NCBI GenBank assembly: GCA_045803245.1
Contig: JBJMPK010000228.1
Span: 1-60,237, forward strand
Length of the DNA: 60,237 bases
Reading direction: 5' to 3'
DNA from: Gemmatimonadales bacterium
GTDB lineage: Bacteria; Gemmatimonadota; Gemmatimonadetes; Gemmatimonadales; GWC2-71-9
Under the pieces are notes generated by a model, which was given only the letters and a program-made list of their open reading frames with translations, ran no database searches and was not told where the DNA came from. Made by a program: the position numbers and the translations under genes. Numbering within the stretch: position 1 is the first letter of the stretch; each line of letters begins with the position of its first letter. Positions 8,606 to 17,424 of this stretch are shown piece after piece.

Positions 8606-9650
8606 GGGGAATTCCCAGCCGGAGGCGTGCGCTGGCCGGTGATATGAAGACCAGATGATCCAGCACGGTTCCGCTGGCCTGCCGAATCCTGAGCCGGTCC
8701 ACCACTTCGCGGGATGCACCACCGGCCAAGCCATCGGCCAGGAGGGCGGCGCCCTGAGCCCCTTGTTTGGCCACCAGCGCCGCACCCGTGAGAAGCCGTA
8801 CCGGCCCAATGTCGCTCAGACGTGCCGTGAGCGGTTGCCGAACCCTTTCCTCTGCCGCCTGGCGGCCGGACAACAGGATCTCGTCCGCCGATGGGGCGGA
8901 GCATCGCAGCTGCCGGATGGCTTTCTCCGCCCCTTCGACATACGCGTCCAGGCCGATCGAGGCGGCGGCCGGATCTCGTGCGATCAGGGACTCGACCCCG
9001 CCCTGAAAGAGAGCCGCCTTGGAGACCTGCCCTGCCAGGAATGCGACCTCTCCATCGAGAGCTCCCACCGCGCGCCATCCGATGGGTCCGCTGGTTCCGC
9101 CGATCCCGTCGACGACCTGGCCGCGCTCCACGGCCACTGCCGCGGTGAATGCGCCGCCCAGTTCGACGAGAATGAACGACGCCTCCTCGGGCGACCTCCC
9201 CCGCCGGCTGCACTGGTCGTGGATACCCAGGATGACGGCACATAGCTTGTCCGCGCTTCCCATGTCCACCCGGTTGAGCTTTCTATGGGAGGGAACGGTA
9301 TCGAGGTGAATGACGCCAGGTGTGAAGACCACCGGCAGCCCCGAAGCGCCGATCTGGCGGGCAAGACCCCGGAGGCCCCCGATGCCGCCCGGTTCGTCCG
9401 GAGCGGCGAGAAAGGCGAGCCGGAGATCGGCGTCGGTCGCTTCCACGCCCCGCATCAGCGGGAGGCCGTATCCCGAAGGACCGGCGATGAGGTCGGGAGT
9501 CCCACCCGCGCCGAGCAGCTGGATAAAGCTGTCGGGATGCGCCAGCGCCTCCCCGGTGGGGCAGCTCCGATCCAGATACACCCGACCATCGGCCATCCCA
9601 CAGATATCGATGCTGACCGTGCCCGGGTCGATTCCAACGACACGGGGCAT
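8595..9650 (-). CDS. ASKHA-fold (DUF1464/hydantoinase-like) protein, probable H4MPT-linked C1-pathway accessory protein
   Basis: 351 aa. N-terminal phosphate-1 motif VVGIDPGTVSIDICG typical of the sugar-kinase/Hsp70/actin fold. Conserved position next to the ATP-grasp gene and mtd. Confidence 0.6.
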   Translation of the reverse strand: MPRVVGIDPGTVSIDICGMADGRVYLDRSCPTGEALAHPDSFIQLLGAGGTPDLIAGPSGYGLPLMRGVEATDADLRLAFLAAPDEPGGIGGLRGLARQIGASGLPVVFTPGVIHLDTVPSHRKLNRVDMGSADKLCAVILGIHDQCSRRGRSPEEASFILVELGGAFTAAVAVERGQVVDGIGGTSGPIGWRAVGALDGEVAFLAGQVSKAALFQGGVESLIARDPAAASIGLDAYVEGAEKAIRQLRCSAPSADEILLSGRQAAEERVRQPLTARLSDIGPVRLLTGAALVAKQGAQGAALLADGLAGGASREVVDRLRIRQASGTVLDHLVFISPASARLRLGIPHAG

Positions 9651-9653
9651 GGT

Positions 9654-10538
9654 CTAGGACTTCTTTGTGACCAGCTCTCGAGCGATGTCGGCAATTGCCT
9701 CGGCATCGAGGACCAGATCGTTGCGCTGAAACAGGCGCCCCACGCAAGCCTTGTGCAGCTTGGTCTTGAAGTTGCCGACCCCGAATGCGCCAAACACAAC
9801 CACGCCATTCTTCTTGCTGCCGGCATCGTTGACCTCGATCCCTTCGATCCCCAGTGGCGGAACCGCATTGAGGTCAACCGCCACCTTGAGGGTCTTGACC
9901 GCGGTCCATGCGGATTGGGGCACCATCTGCACGCCGGCGGGGCCGGAGTTGAGCAAGACCTCGACGCCTTGCAGTAGCTCAGGCAGCTTCGAAGCATCGT
10001 TGAGGGTGACGGCATCGACGTGCACATTGAACCGGGCGCTGATGAATTGACGCGCCTTTTCCCCCTGCTCCGGTTTGCGCGAGGTGATGGTTACCTTGGC
10101 GCCGGCATTTGCCAGCAGCCCGGCCGCGCGCTGCCCCACCGGTCCGGTTCCAGCCAGGATGAGGACCTTCTTGCCCTTCACGTCTTTCATCGTCTCTTCG
10201 ATCTTAACGACCGCCGCCACCGCGGTCGTGTTGGAGCCATTCGAGTCGAGCATGATCGACACGCAGAAAGGGCCGAACAGCGCATCCTGCGCCATGGCGA
10301 GGAGCTGCTCTCCGGCCGACATGTTGCTCCCGCCAATCCAGACGGCCGTGTTTTTGAGGTCTTTGGGGCCACGGGTGAAGATGCAGCCGTGAATCAGGTC
10401 TCGTACGTCGCCCTCGGTCACACCGCCATAGCTCATGACGACGTCCGCGCCGGCGTCGTAGGCTACTACCTGATCGAAAACGCTCGGCAGCCGCGAGCTG
10501 TCGAGCTGAAGCAGAAGCTTGCGCATTGCAGAAGCCAT
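9654..10538 (-). CDS. mtdB: NAD(P)-dependent methylene-tetrahydromethanopterin dehydrogenase (MtdA/MtdB/MtdC family)
   Basis: 294 aa. Family-typical KLLLQLD..R.PS.FD start and Rossmann motif VLILAGTGPVGQRAAGLLA. The subclass (A/B/C) cannot be assigned by eye. Alternative start at Met5 (10526). Confidence 0.85.
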   Translation of the reverse strand: MASAMRKLLLQLDSSRLPSVFDQVVAYDAGADVVMSYGGVTEGDVRDLIHGCIFTRGPKDLKNTAVWIGGSNMSAGEQLLAMAQDALFGPFCVSIMLDSNGSNTTAVAAVVKIEETMKDVKGKKVLILAGTGPVGQRAAGLLANAGAKVTITSRKPEQGEKARQFISARFNVHVDAVTLNDASKLPELLQGVEVLLNSGPAGVQMVPQSAWTAVKTLKVAVDLNAVPPLGIEGIEVNDAGSKKNGVVVFGAFGVGNFKTKLHKACVGRLFQRNDLVLDAEAIADIARELVTKKS

Positions 10539-10552
10539 TCCCCGGAACGTAA

Positions 10553-10596
10553 TGGATAAAAGACGAGGGGCGCCCCAGTTGCGGGCCGCCCCTCGT
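10553..10596 (-). terminator. Intrinsic terminator between fae and mtd
   Basis: 10-bp GC-rich stem ACGAGGGGCG (10563-10572) / CGCCCCTCGT (10587-10596). On the minus strand it is followed by CTTTTATCC (A-run at 10556-10561 on plus). Located 28 nt after the fae stop. Confidence 0.65.
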
Positions 10597-10623
10597 AGAA
10601 TCTAGGAAAGCGGGACTGTACGA

Positions 10624-11136
10624 TCAGCCTTCGGCGCCGCTCGCGAACGGATGACGCGCGGCCTTGTACTTCTGCAGCACCTCGTCCACCGAGGGCTTGC
10701 CCTGAAGGGCGCGCGCGATCGATTCCTTGGTGGCCTGATAGTTAAAGTCGTAAATCTTCTTGTCGTTCTCGGCCTGCCAGTGGATGAACACGCCCACCAG
10801 AATGCAGAGATCGTTCGCCTTGCTCTTGTCGATGACTCCACTGGCCACGCTGTCCATGACGGCGCGGGCCACCGCCGCCTGAGCCGGACCGAACATCTGG
10901 ACCGCCTGCTTGGCGCCCTTGATGGTGACCTTGTTGAAGAGCACCGTGTCGGGCTTAGCCGGCAGGTTCGGGGTGACGACGGCGAGCAAATGATTGAAGC
11001 CGTCGGTATTGGTTGAGAGCGCGTTCACGAAGGCCGCTCCCATGGGACCACTCTTCGAGCCGATGATCAGATCGATGTGGGCAATCTCATTGCCGTCCCC
11101 AACCAACGATTCACCAATGTAAAATTCCCCGGCCAT
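10624..11136 (-). CDS. fae: Formaldehyde-activating enzyme
   Basis: Track ORF trimmed to Met18 (ATG 11136). GGAGG lies 5 nt upstream on the minus strand. The sequence GESLVGDGNEIAHIDLIIGSKSGP... is the hallmark Fae N-terminus; 170 aa. Confidence 0.9.
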   Translation of the reverse strand: MAGEFYIGESLVGDGNEIAHIDLIIGSKSGPMGAAFVNALSTNTDGFNHLLAVVTPNLPAKPDTVLFNKVTIKGAKQAVQMFGPAQAAVARAVMDSVASGVIDKSKANDLCILVGVFIHWQAENDKKIYDFNYQATKESIARALQGKPSVDEVLQKYKAARHPFASGAEG

Positions 11137-11417
11137 AGCTGCCTCCATATCCGTTTTGTTGAAGAAGGAGAGAATCTGGCGCCACATGGTTAGCTCGACG
11201 TTGGCGAAAGTGAGCTCGGATCAGGAGCAGCGTGAAGACACTCACAACCGGGCCACGCGGTCCTACAAAAGCTGGTAGCTCAACGCACTGAGTGCTTTGC
11301 CGGACGTAGAGAACCCTAGTATGAAACCCGTATGAATCGGTGTCAAGTCGAAGCTGAACCAAGTGCCGCGGTGCGTCTCCCCGGATAGTCGCGAATCCGA
11401 CCTGGGAGGTTGTCTTA

Positions 11418-11450
11418 CCGAATCCCTGACACCGGGGATTCGGCTTTTTC
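11418..11450 (+). terminator. Orphan intrinsic-terminator-like hairpin in the leader of the outer-membrane protein gene
   Basis: CCGAATCCC (11418-11426), 8-nt loop, GGGATTCGG (11435-11443), then CTTTTTC. No plus-strand gene lies upstream; 66 nt precede the ATG at 11516. Confidence 0.5.
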
Positions 11451-11515
11451 ATACCGTGTGCTCCAGGTCACTGCGACGGTTGTCGGACGGGGGGCATTCT
11501 CGCCGTGGAGGTAAT

Positions 11516-14500
11516 ATGCCGTTTCTACGACGCACCGCACTCCTGGCCGCCGCAACGCTGCTCACCGCGCTATCTCCGGCTCACGCCCAGTATTTCGGTC
11601 GCAACAAGGTTCAGTACGAAAAGCTCGACTTTCATGTACTCAAGACCGACCACTTCGATATCTACTTCTATGCCGGCGAGCAAAACGCGGCTGAGCAAGC
11701 TGCACGGATGGCCGAGCGGTGGCGAGCCAGACTGGGAACTGTTTTCCAGCACGAGCTTTCCGGCCGGCAACCGATCATTCTGTATGCCAGCCCGGCGGAA
11801 TTCCAGCAAACCAACGCCATAGGCGGCGATCTCGGCGAAGGCACCGGAGGGGTCACCGAGGCACTGCGCCGGCGGATCGTTCTGCCGGTGGGCGGTACCC
11901 TCAGCGACCTCAATCACGTCGTCGGCCACGAGCTGGTACACGCCTACCAATACGACATAACCGGCGGTGGCCGGCCCACCAACTTGGGCGCCCTCCCCGC
12001 GGCCACCGAGTTGCCATTGTGGTTTATCGAAGGGATGGCGGAGTACCTCTCGTTGGGTCCGGTCAACGCGCCAACGGCGATGTGGATGCGAGGCGCACTC
12101 GAGGACACCACCAAGGATTCGCTTCCCACTTACCGCCAGCTGGACGACCCGCGGTACTTCCCCTATCGCTACGGACATGCGCTGTTGGCGTATATCGCCG
12201 GCCACTGGGGCGATCAGGCAATCGGGCAGTTGCTGCGGCGGGCCGGCCGCCGGAGAGGGGTCGACATAGCCATCAAGGAGGTCCTGTCACTTACACCGGA
12301 CCAGCTGGTAAAACGCTGGCACACCGAGCTACATCAGGCCTACGATCCGATCGCGCCCCAGACCAGGCCGGCGGAGAGCCTAGGCCCTCGGCTGGTTGCT
12401 TCACCGGGCCGCGGCGGCTATAACATTGGACCGTCTCTGAGTCCCGACGGTACCGAGATGATGTTCCTCTCGGATCGCGATCTTTTCTCGATCGATCTCT
12501 TCCTGGCGGATGCCAGGACCGGCAAGGTCAAGAAACAGATCACCAAGACCGCGCTCGATCCTCACCTCCAGAGTCTGGAATTCATCGAGTCTTCCGGGGG
12601 CTGGTCGCCGGACGGCCGCAGGTTCGTCTTTTCCGCGGTCAGCAACGGCCGTCCGCTTCTCGTCTTATACGACGTGAACCGGGGAAAGCGGATACGCGAG
12701 ATCCGATTCCCCAAGCTGGGGGAGATCCTGACACCCAGCTGGTCACCCGACGGCCGCTCGGTCGCATTCTCGGGGATGTCGGGCGGGTTGAGTGACCTTT
12801 ACGTCTACGACCTCGATTCCGGTCACCTGACTCAGCTCACCCAGGATCCATTTGCGGACCTTCAGCCCGCCTGGTCGCCCGACGGCCAAACCATCGCCTT
12901 TGCCACCGACCGCTTCACCACGAATCTGTCTACGCTGCAGGTGGGGCAATACACTTTGGCCCTGATCAACCGGGACGGTGGTGACATCCGTCGAGTAACC
13001 CCCACAGCCAACGCACGGCAGCTCAACCCCCAGTGGACGCCGGACGGAAGAAGCATCTATTTCCTGTCGGATCCCGACGGAATCACCAACATCTACCAGG
13101 TAAACCTCGCTACCGGGCAATCCGGCCGGGTGACCGATCTGTTCACCGGCGTCAGCGGTATCACCGAGACCAGTCCGGCAATCTCGGTGGCCCAACGGTC
13201 GGGCCGGTTGGTTTACAGCGTGTTCCGCGCGAACGGATATCAGCTCTACGCGATCGAGCACCCTGCCCCATCGACGGCAGAGGCGGCAGTGGCATATCGA
13301 GCCTACGGGTCGGGACCCCAGTCGAACGCAACCCTTCCACCAGTGGATCATCCCGATCAGACCCTTCTGGGGCTCTTAAACGATCCGCGGCGGGGACTAC
13401 CGTCTGATACCACGTTTCCGGTTCAACCCTACAAGTCCAAGCTATCGCTGACGTACATCGGCCAGCCTTCCTTGGCCATCGGCAGCAGCTCGTTTGGTAC
13501 CTTTATCGGCGGAGGGACGTCGCTTTACTTCAGCGATCTGCTGGGTAACCACAATCTGGTGACAGGACTTCAGGTCCAGGGTAGCCTGAAGGATGTGAAC
13601 GCACTGGTAGGCTACCAAAATCTGGCGCATCGGTTGAATTGGGGGCTGGTGGCCCAGCAGACGCCCTTCCTGACCGGCGGCTTCGCCGAAGACATCCGCG
13701 ACGTGAACGGCGAGCCGGCGCTGGTAGACCAGCAGCTGCTCCAGCGGCAGACCAATCGTGATGTGTTCGGGCAGCTGGCATATCCATTTAGCCAGGTCCA
13801 GCGGGTTGAGCTTGCTGCGGGCTACAGCAACATCTCGTTCGATAACGAGCTGCAGACCACGGCATTTTCGTTGCTGACGGGCGACCAGCTCACCGACGAC
13901 AAGGTGAACCTCCCGGCTGGCCGCGCGCTCAACCTGGGCGTGGCGAGCGCGGCACTGGTGTACGACAACTCCTTCTTCGGTGCTACCAGTCCCATCCTGG
14001 GACAGCGATACCGGCTCGAAATATCCCCGACGGTGGGCTCGTTGAGCTATATCGGCGGGCTGATCGACTACCGCAAGTACTTCATGCCGGTACGTCCGTT
14101 CACCATCGCCACCCGGCTGATGCACTACGGGCGGTATGGGAAGGATGGAGAAGATCCCCGGCTCCAGCCACTCTTTCTCGGCTTCCCCGGCCTGGTGCGA
14201 GGCTACAGTTTCGGGTCGTTCGATGCTTCCGAGTGCCATGCTTCCGCGCTGGATCCAACCTCATGTCCGGTGTTCGACAGATTGCTCGGAAGCCGGATCG
14301 TGGTGGCCAACGCGGAGCTGAGATTTCCCCTCTTTGGCGTGCTTGGCATCGGCTCGGGATACTACGGCGCCCTCCCCGTCGAGTTTTCCGTTTTCGGCGA
14401 CGGTGGCCTGGCATGGGACTCACAGCACGATCCCTCGGTTTTCGGGTCCGGTACCCGGGACCCGGTGTACAGCGCGGGTGCCGGTCTGCGCCTCAACCTG

Positions 14501-14596
14501 CTGGGGTTCGCCATTGCCGAGGTGGATCTGGTGCACCCCTTTGACCGGCCCGGCAAAGGATGGGTGTGGCAATTCGAGCTGCAGCCGGGATTCTGA
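11516..14596 (+). CDS. Outer-membrane multidomain protein: HExxH (MA-type peptidase-like) module + TolB-like PD40 beta-propeller repeats + C-terminal Omp85/surface-antigen beta-barrel
   Basis: Start at Met52 of the track ORF (GGAGG 5 nt upstream). Signal peptide MPFLRRTALLAAATLLTALSPAHA. HELVH motif. At least 5 PD40 signatures (SPDGTEMMF, WSPDGRRFVF, WSPDGRSVAF, WSPDGQTIAF, WTPDGRSIYF). C-terminal barrel ELRFPLFG...GAGLRLN...FELQPGF ending in Phe. Confidence 0.75.
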   Translation: MPFLRRTALLAAATLLTALSPAHAQYFGRNKVQYEKLDFHVLKTDHFDIYFYAGEQNAAEQAARMAERWRARLGTVFQHELSGRQPIILYASPAEFQQTNAIGGDLGEGTGGVTEALRRRIVLPVGGTLSDLNHVVGHELVHAYQYDITGGGRPTNLGALPAATELPLWFIEGMAEYLSLGPVNAPTAMWMRGALEDTTKDSLPTYRQLDDPRYFPYRYGHALLAYIAGHWGDQAIGQLLRRAGRRRGVDIAIKEVLSLTPDQLVKRWHTELHQAYDPIAPQTRPAESLGPRLVASPGRGGYNIGPSLSPDGTEMMFLSDRDLFSIDLFLADARTGKVKKQITKTALDPHLQSLEFIESSGGWSPDGRRFVFSAVSNGRPLLVLYDVNRGKRIREIRFPKLGEILTPSWSPDGRSVAFSGMSGGLSDLYVYDLDSGHLTQLTQDPFADLQPAWSPDGQTIAFATDRFTTNLSTLQVGQYTLALINRDGGDIRRVTPTANARQLNPQWTPDGRSIYFLSDPDGITNIYQVNLATGQSGRVTDLFTGVSGITETSPAISVAQRSGRLVYSVFRANGYQLYAIEHPAPSTAEAAVAYRAYGSGPQSNATLPPVDHPDQTLLGLLNDPRRGLPSDTTFPVQPYKSKLSLTYIGQPSLAIGSSSFGTFIGGGTSLYFSDLLGNHNLVTGLQVQGSLKDVNALVGYQNLAHRLNWGLVAQQTPFLTGGFAEDIRDVNGEPALVDQQLLQRQTNRDVFGQLAYPFSQVQRVELAAGYSNISFDNELQTTAFSLLTGDQLTDDKVNLPAGRALNLGVASAALVYDNSFFGATSPILGQRYRLEISPTVGSLSYIGGLIDYRKYFMPVRPFTIATRLMHYGRYGKDGEDPRLQPLFLGFPGLVRGYSFGSFDASECHASALDPTSCPVFDRLLGSRIVVANAELRFPLFGVLGIGSGYYGALPVEFSVFGDGGLAWDSQHDPSVFGSGTRDPVYSAGAGLRLNLLGFAIAEVDLVHPFDRPGKGWVWQFELQPGF

Positions 14597-14602
14597 AGAG
14601 AC

Positions 14603-14683
14603 TATTGGCTATTGGCTGTGAGCTATTGGCTGATCGGTGCACGGAGTAGCCCATAGCCCATAGCTAATAGCTCTTAGCTATGC
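14603..14683. repeat. Inverted pair of heptamer arrays (TATTGGC)n / (GCCCATA, GCTAATA...)n
   Basis: Left arm 14603-14637: tattggc tattggc tgtgagc tattggc tgatcgg. Right arm 14649-14683: gcccata gcccata gctaata gctctta gctatgc. The arms are near reverse complements. The pair fills the OMP-helicase intergenic gap. Confidence 0.9.
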
Positions 14684-14689
14684 TTCACC

Positions 14690-17308
14690 ATGCACCCATC
14701 CCGCGACCACCACCTTCCTCCCGATCCCGATGCCTACCGCCACGCTCCCCATCCCAAGGGGCGCATCGTTGTCATCGCCCCGACTCGCGCCGCCTGCGAA
14801 ACGATCGAGCTGGCGCTGGGCACGCACGTGGATACGCTGCTCGAGCGGGAGCATGGGCCGGAGCTCCGGGAGTGGGCCGGCGAGGGGCGCGCGTTCGGCA
14901 TAGTCGCCGGGACCGGGACCGGAAAGACGCTGGGCATTCGCCCCATCGCGGAGGAGATCCTGCGGGAGCCGCTCCGGGTGGGAGTGGTCAACCGGGAGCG
15001 CGAGGCCACACCAGAGACGCCCACTTGGAACGTGGTGATCGTGACGACCGGCATTGCCCGGCGCTGGTTTCAGGACGATCTGATTTCCGGGCGGGACACG
15101 ATCATTGTCGACGAGATCCACCAGACCTCCGCGGAGTTGGAGCTTTGCCTTGCCCTCGGCAAGCGGGCGCGGAGCCGGTTCATCTGGCTCAGCGCGACGG
15201 TGGACCCGTCCTTTTATTCCCAGTATCTCGATAGCTCGAAGGTGCTCGTGACTCAGGCCTTCGACCCCGCCTTGAAGGCCAAGGTTCAGGTGCTTCCCCA
15301 GGTTCCGGAAGAGTTCCTGAACGAGCGTTATGTCCGTCATTTAATGAAGGAGAAGCGGGGCGTCGCAGTGTTCGTTCCTACCCGGGCCGAGGTGGAGAAG
15401 CTTGCCTCCGGCCTGGGGGAACAGTGGCCCCGTCTGACCACCGCCTTTTATCACGGTGGCGAGCCGATCCGCGTCATTCGTCCTTTCCTCGAGGACGAAG
15501 TCGACCGTCCCTTCCTGCTGGCCATGACGGCGGCGGGCCAGTCGGCCCTCAACGTGCGGGGGCTCGACACGGTCATCATCTACGATGCCCGCTACGGCAA
15601 CGTGGTGGATCGGGGCCGGAACGTGCTGCATCGCCTTTACCTTGGTGCCAACGAGATTCTCCAGATGGCCGGCCGGGTGCACGGGCGCGTCGCCAACGGT
15701 GAGGTGGTCATCCTCAGCGACCGCGATCTGGTTTTCGAAGCTCTCCGCCCCGGCCCACCCGAGTTTCAGCTGGCCGGCGACGCGGAGCGGGTGGCGATCA
15801 CCTGCGCCGCGCTCGGTGTCGACGCCCGGGACCTGGATCTGCCGGTGCCCCTCGATCGGATTGCCTATAGCCGTTCGATCGCCACCCTTACGAGCCGGGG
15901 GCTGATCGAGGGCGGAAAGCTGACCGCATATGGAAGAGAGGTCGAGGCGCTCCCGGTCGAGCGGCCCTGGGGTGAGCTGCTGGTTCACGCAGACGAAGAG
16001 TTGATTCCCATGGTAGCCGTCTGCTCCAACATCGAGTCGCTGCATCGTATGACTCGGGAGGAGCGGGACCTTCACGGGGTAATCGTAAACGGCAGCGACC
16101 ATCTGACGGCCTACAACCTGTACGCCGAGGCAGTGAATCAGCACGGTTACCTGGGCCAGGTGTACGGGCTGCCGCGGCATCTGTTCGAGGATGGCTTGGC
16201 TGAATGGGCCGAGCGGCGGGGTGTGCTGGTCAAAGCTATCGAGGACACCGCTCTAGGACTCGCGTCCGTTTACCGGTCGCTCGAGCTCCCCCTTCCCAAG
16301 CAGCTTCCCTACGCTTCAAAGGAGATCCGGCGCCGGTGGGCCGAGCTCATTGCCCGGATAATGCCGTTCGACCTGGTTATCGATGAGCACACCGCCGAAG
16401 GACAGGAAGCGAGAGTGTCCAAGACCTCGGTGGCTGGAAGTTGGGGCGCAGTGGCCGGGAACCTCCGGTACTTTGCCGACCGATTCGGGATCCCGCGAGC
16501 CTCAATAGAGGGCACCACACTTTCCTACGATCTGGTGCGGCAGCATGCCACGCTGGGACCACCCCAGGTAGTGCTGACCGGCCCGCGAAAGCACCAACGC
16601 CTGATGATCGAGCGGCGCCGGACGTACTTCGGCTTCGGTCTCGAAACGGAGCTCGAGCCCATCGACGGCGCGATTCCACCGGAGCTCCAGCCGGCTGCCC
16701 GCGATGTGCTGGCCGACGCCCTCATCGCCGGTGAAACGACCCACCCCGACCAGCAACGGATTCGCCGGACCCTGGCTGAGTTGGACGAGCTGTGGCGCCG
16801 CTCCGGCGGCACGTTGAAGGAGCTGTCCCCGGAGGCGCTTCGGGGCCAGGTTCGCCGGAAATTGAATGGCGGGACCAGCTGGGACGGCTTCCAGCGCACC
16901 CGGATCGTCCTCGACCCCGCTGAGCTGGTCGACCGAAGCACCCGCGAGAAGCTGGAAGCGCTGCCCGGGCGGGTTCACCTTCGTGGTGACGCCGTGCCGC
17001 TCGACTATGAGGTCGAGAATGGCCAGGGAGTGGCGCGAGTACGGCTCAGAGAAGGTCAGGCCAGGCGGCTCCGTCCGGATGAGCTTCCCCAACTGGACCG
17101 CCCGCTGCGCTTTGCCGTGCAACGGGGAAACCATCCGCCGCTGCTGGCCGACACGATTCCCGCTCTGCAAGCGCTGCTCCGCCGTGGACCCAGGGACGCC
17201 GCGGAGCATCACCCGGACCCCCGCAGGGACGGAGGCCGCCAGCGAAAGGGGCACCGCAGGGGGCGCATGCATGGAAGTAGCCGGCCGCGAGGCCGCCCCC
17301 GCCACTGA
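14690..17308 (+). CDS. DEAH-box (HrpA/HrpB-like) ATP-dependent helicase with Arg-rich C-terminal tail
   Basis: Motif I AGTGTGKT, motif II DEIH, motif VI QMAGRVHGR. 872 aa. Tail RRDGGRQRKGHRRGRMHGSSRPRGRPRH. Confidence 0.8.
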   Translation: MHPSRDHHLPPDPDAYRHAPHPKGRIVVIAPTRAACETIELALGTHVDTLLEREHGPELREWAGEGRAFGIVAGTGTGKTLGIRPIAEEILREPLRVGVVNREREATPETPTWNVVIVTTGIARRWFQDDLISGRDTIIVDEIHQTSAELELCLALGKRARSRFIWLSATVDPSFYSQYLDSSKVLVTQAFDPALKAKVQVLPQVPEEFLNERYVRHLMKEKRGVAVFVPTRAEVEKLASGLGEQWPRLTTAFYHGGEPIRVIRPFLEDEVDRPFLLAMTAAGQSALNVRGLDTVIIYDARYGNVVDRGRNVLHRLYLGANEILQMAGRVHGRVANGEVVILSDRDLVFEALRPGPPEFQLAGDAERVAITCAALGVDARDLDLPVPLDRIAYSRSIATLTSRGLIEGGKLTAYGREVEALPVERPWGELLVHADEELIPMVAVCSNIESLHRMTREERDLHGVIVNGSDHLTAYNLYAEAVNQHGYLGQVYGLPRHLFEDGLAEWAERRGVLVKAIEDTALGLASVYRSLELPLPKQLPYASKEIRRRWAELIARIMPFDLVIDEHTAEGQEARVSKTSVAGSWGAVAGNLRYFADRFGIPRASIEGTTLSYDLVRQHATLGPPQVVLTGPRKHQRLMIERRRTYFGFGLETELEPIDGAIPPELQPAARDVLADALIAGETTHPDQQRIRRTLAELDELWRRSGGTLKELSPEALRGQVRRKLNGGTSWDGFQRTRIVLDPAELVDRSTREKLEALPGRVHLRGDAVPLDYEVENGQGVARVRLREGQARRLRPDELPQLDRPLRFAVQRGNHPPLLADTIPALQALLRRGPRDAAEHHPDPRRDGGRQRKGHRRGRMHGSSRPRGRPRH

Positions 17309-17424
17309 CCCCATCCGCATCCGACGATCCATTGTGCACTCTTCCGGCAGGTGCACGTCTTGAATAGAGGACGGCACTCGGCCGTCGTGGAAACCATGGA
17401 GCCAGCCACCGCGTATCTTCAACT

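Noticed and set aside
11268-11345. tRNA-like string GCTGGTAGCTCAACG and a possible ZTP/pfl-type riboswitch (CCGACCTGGGAGG) in the fae/OMP intergenic region.
   Set aside because: No cloverleaf can be drawn: there is no T-loop GTTCRANYC and no acceptor pairing. The ZTP 5' subdomain consensus (ACTGGCG...GGGTGGA) is absent. Only the terminator hairpin is reported.
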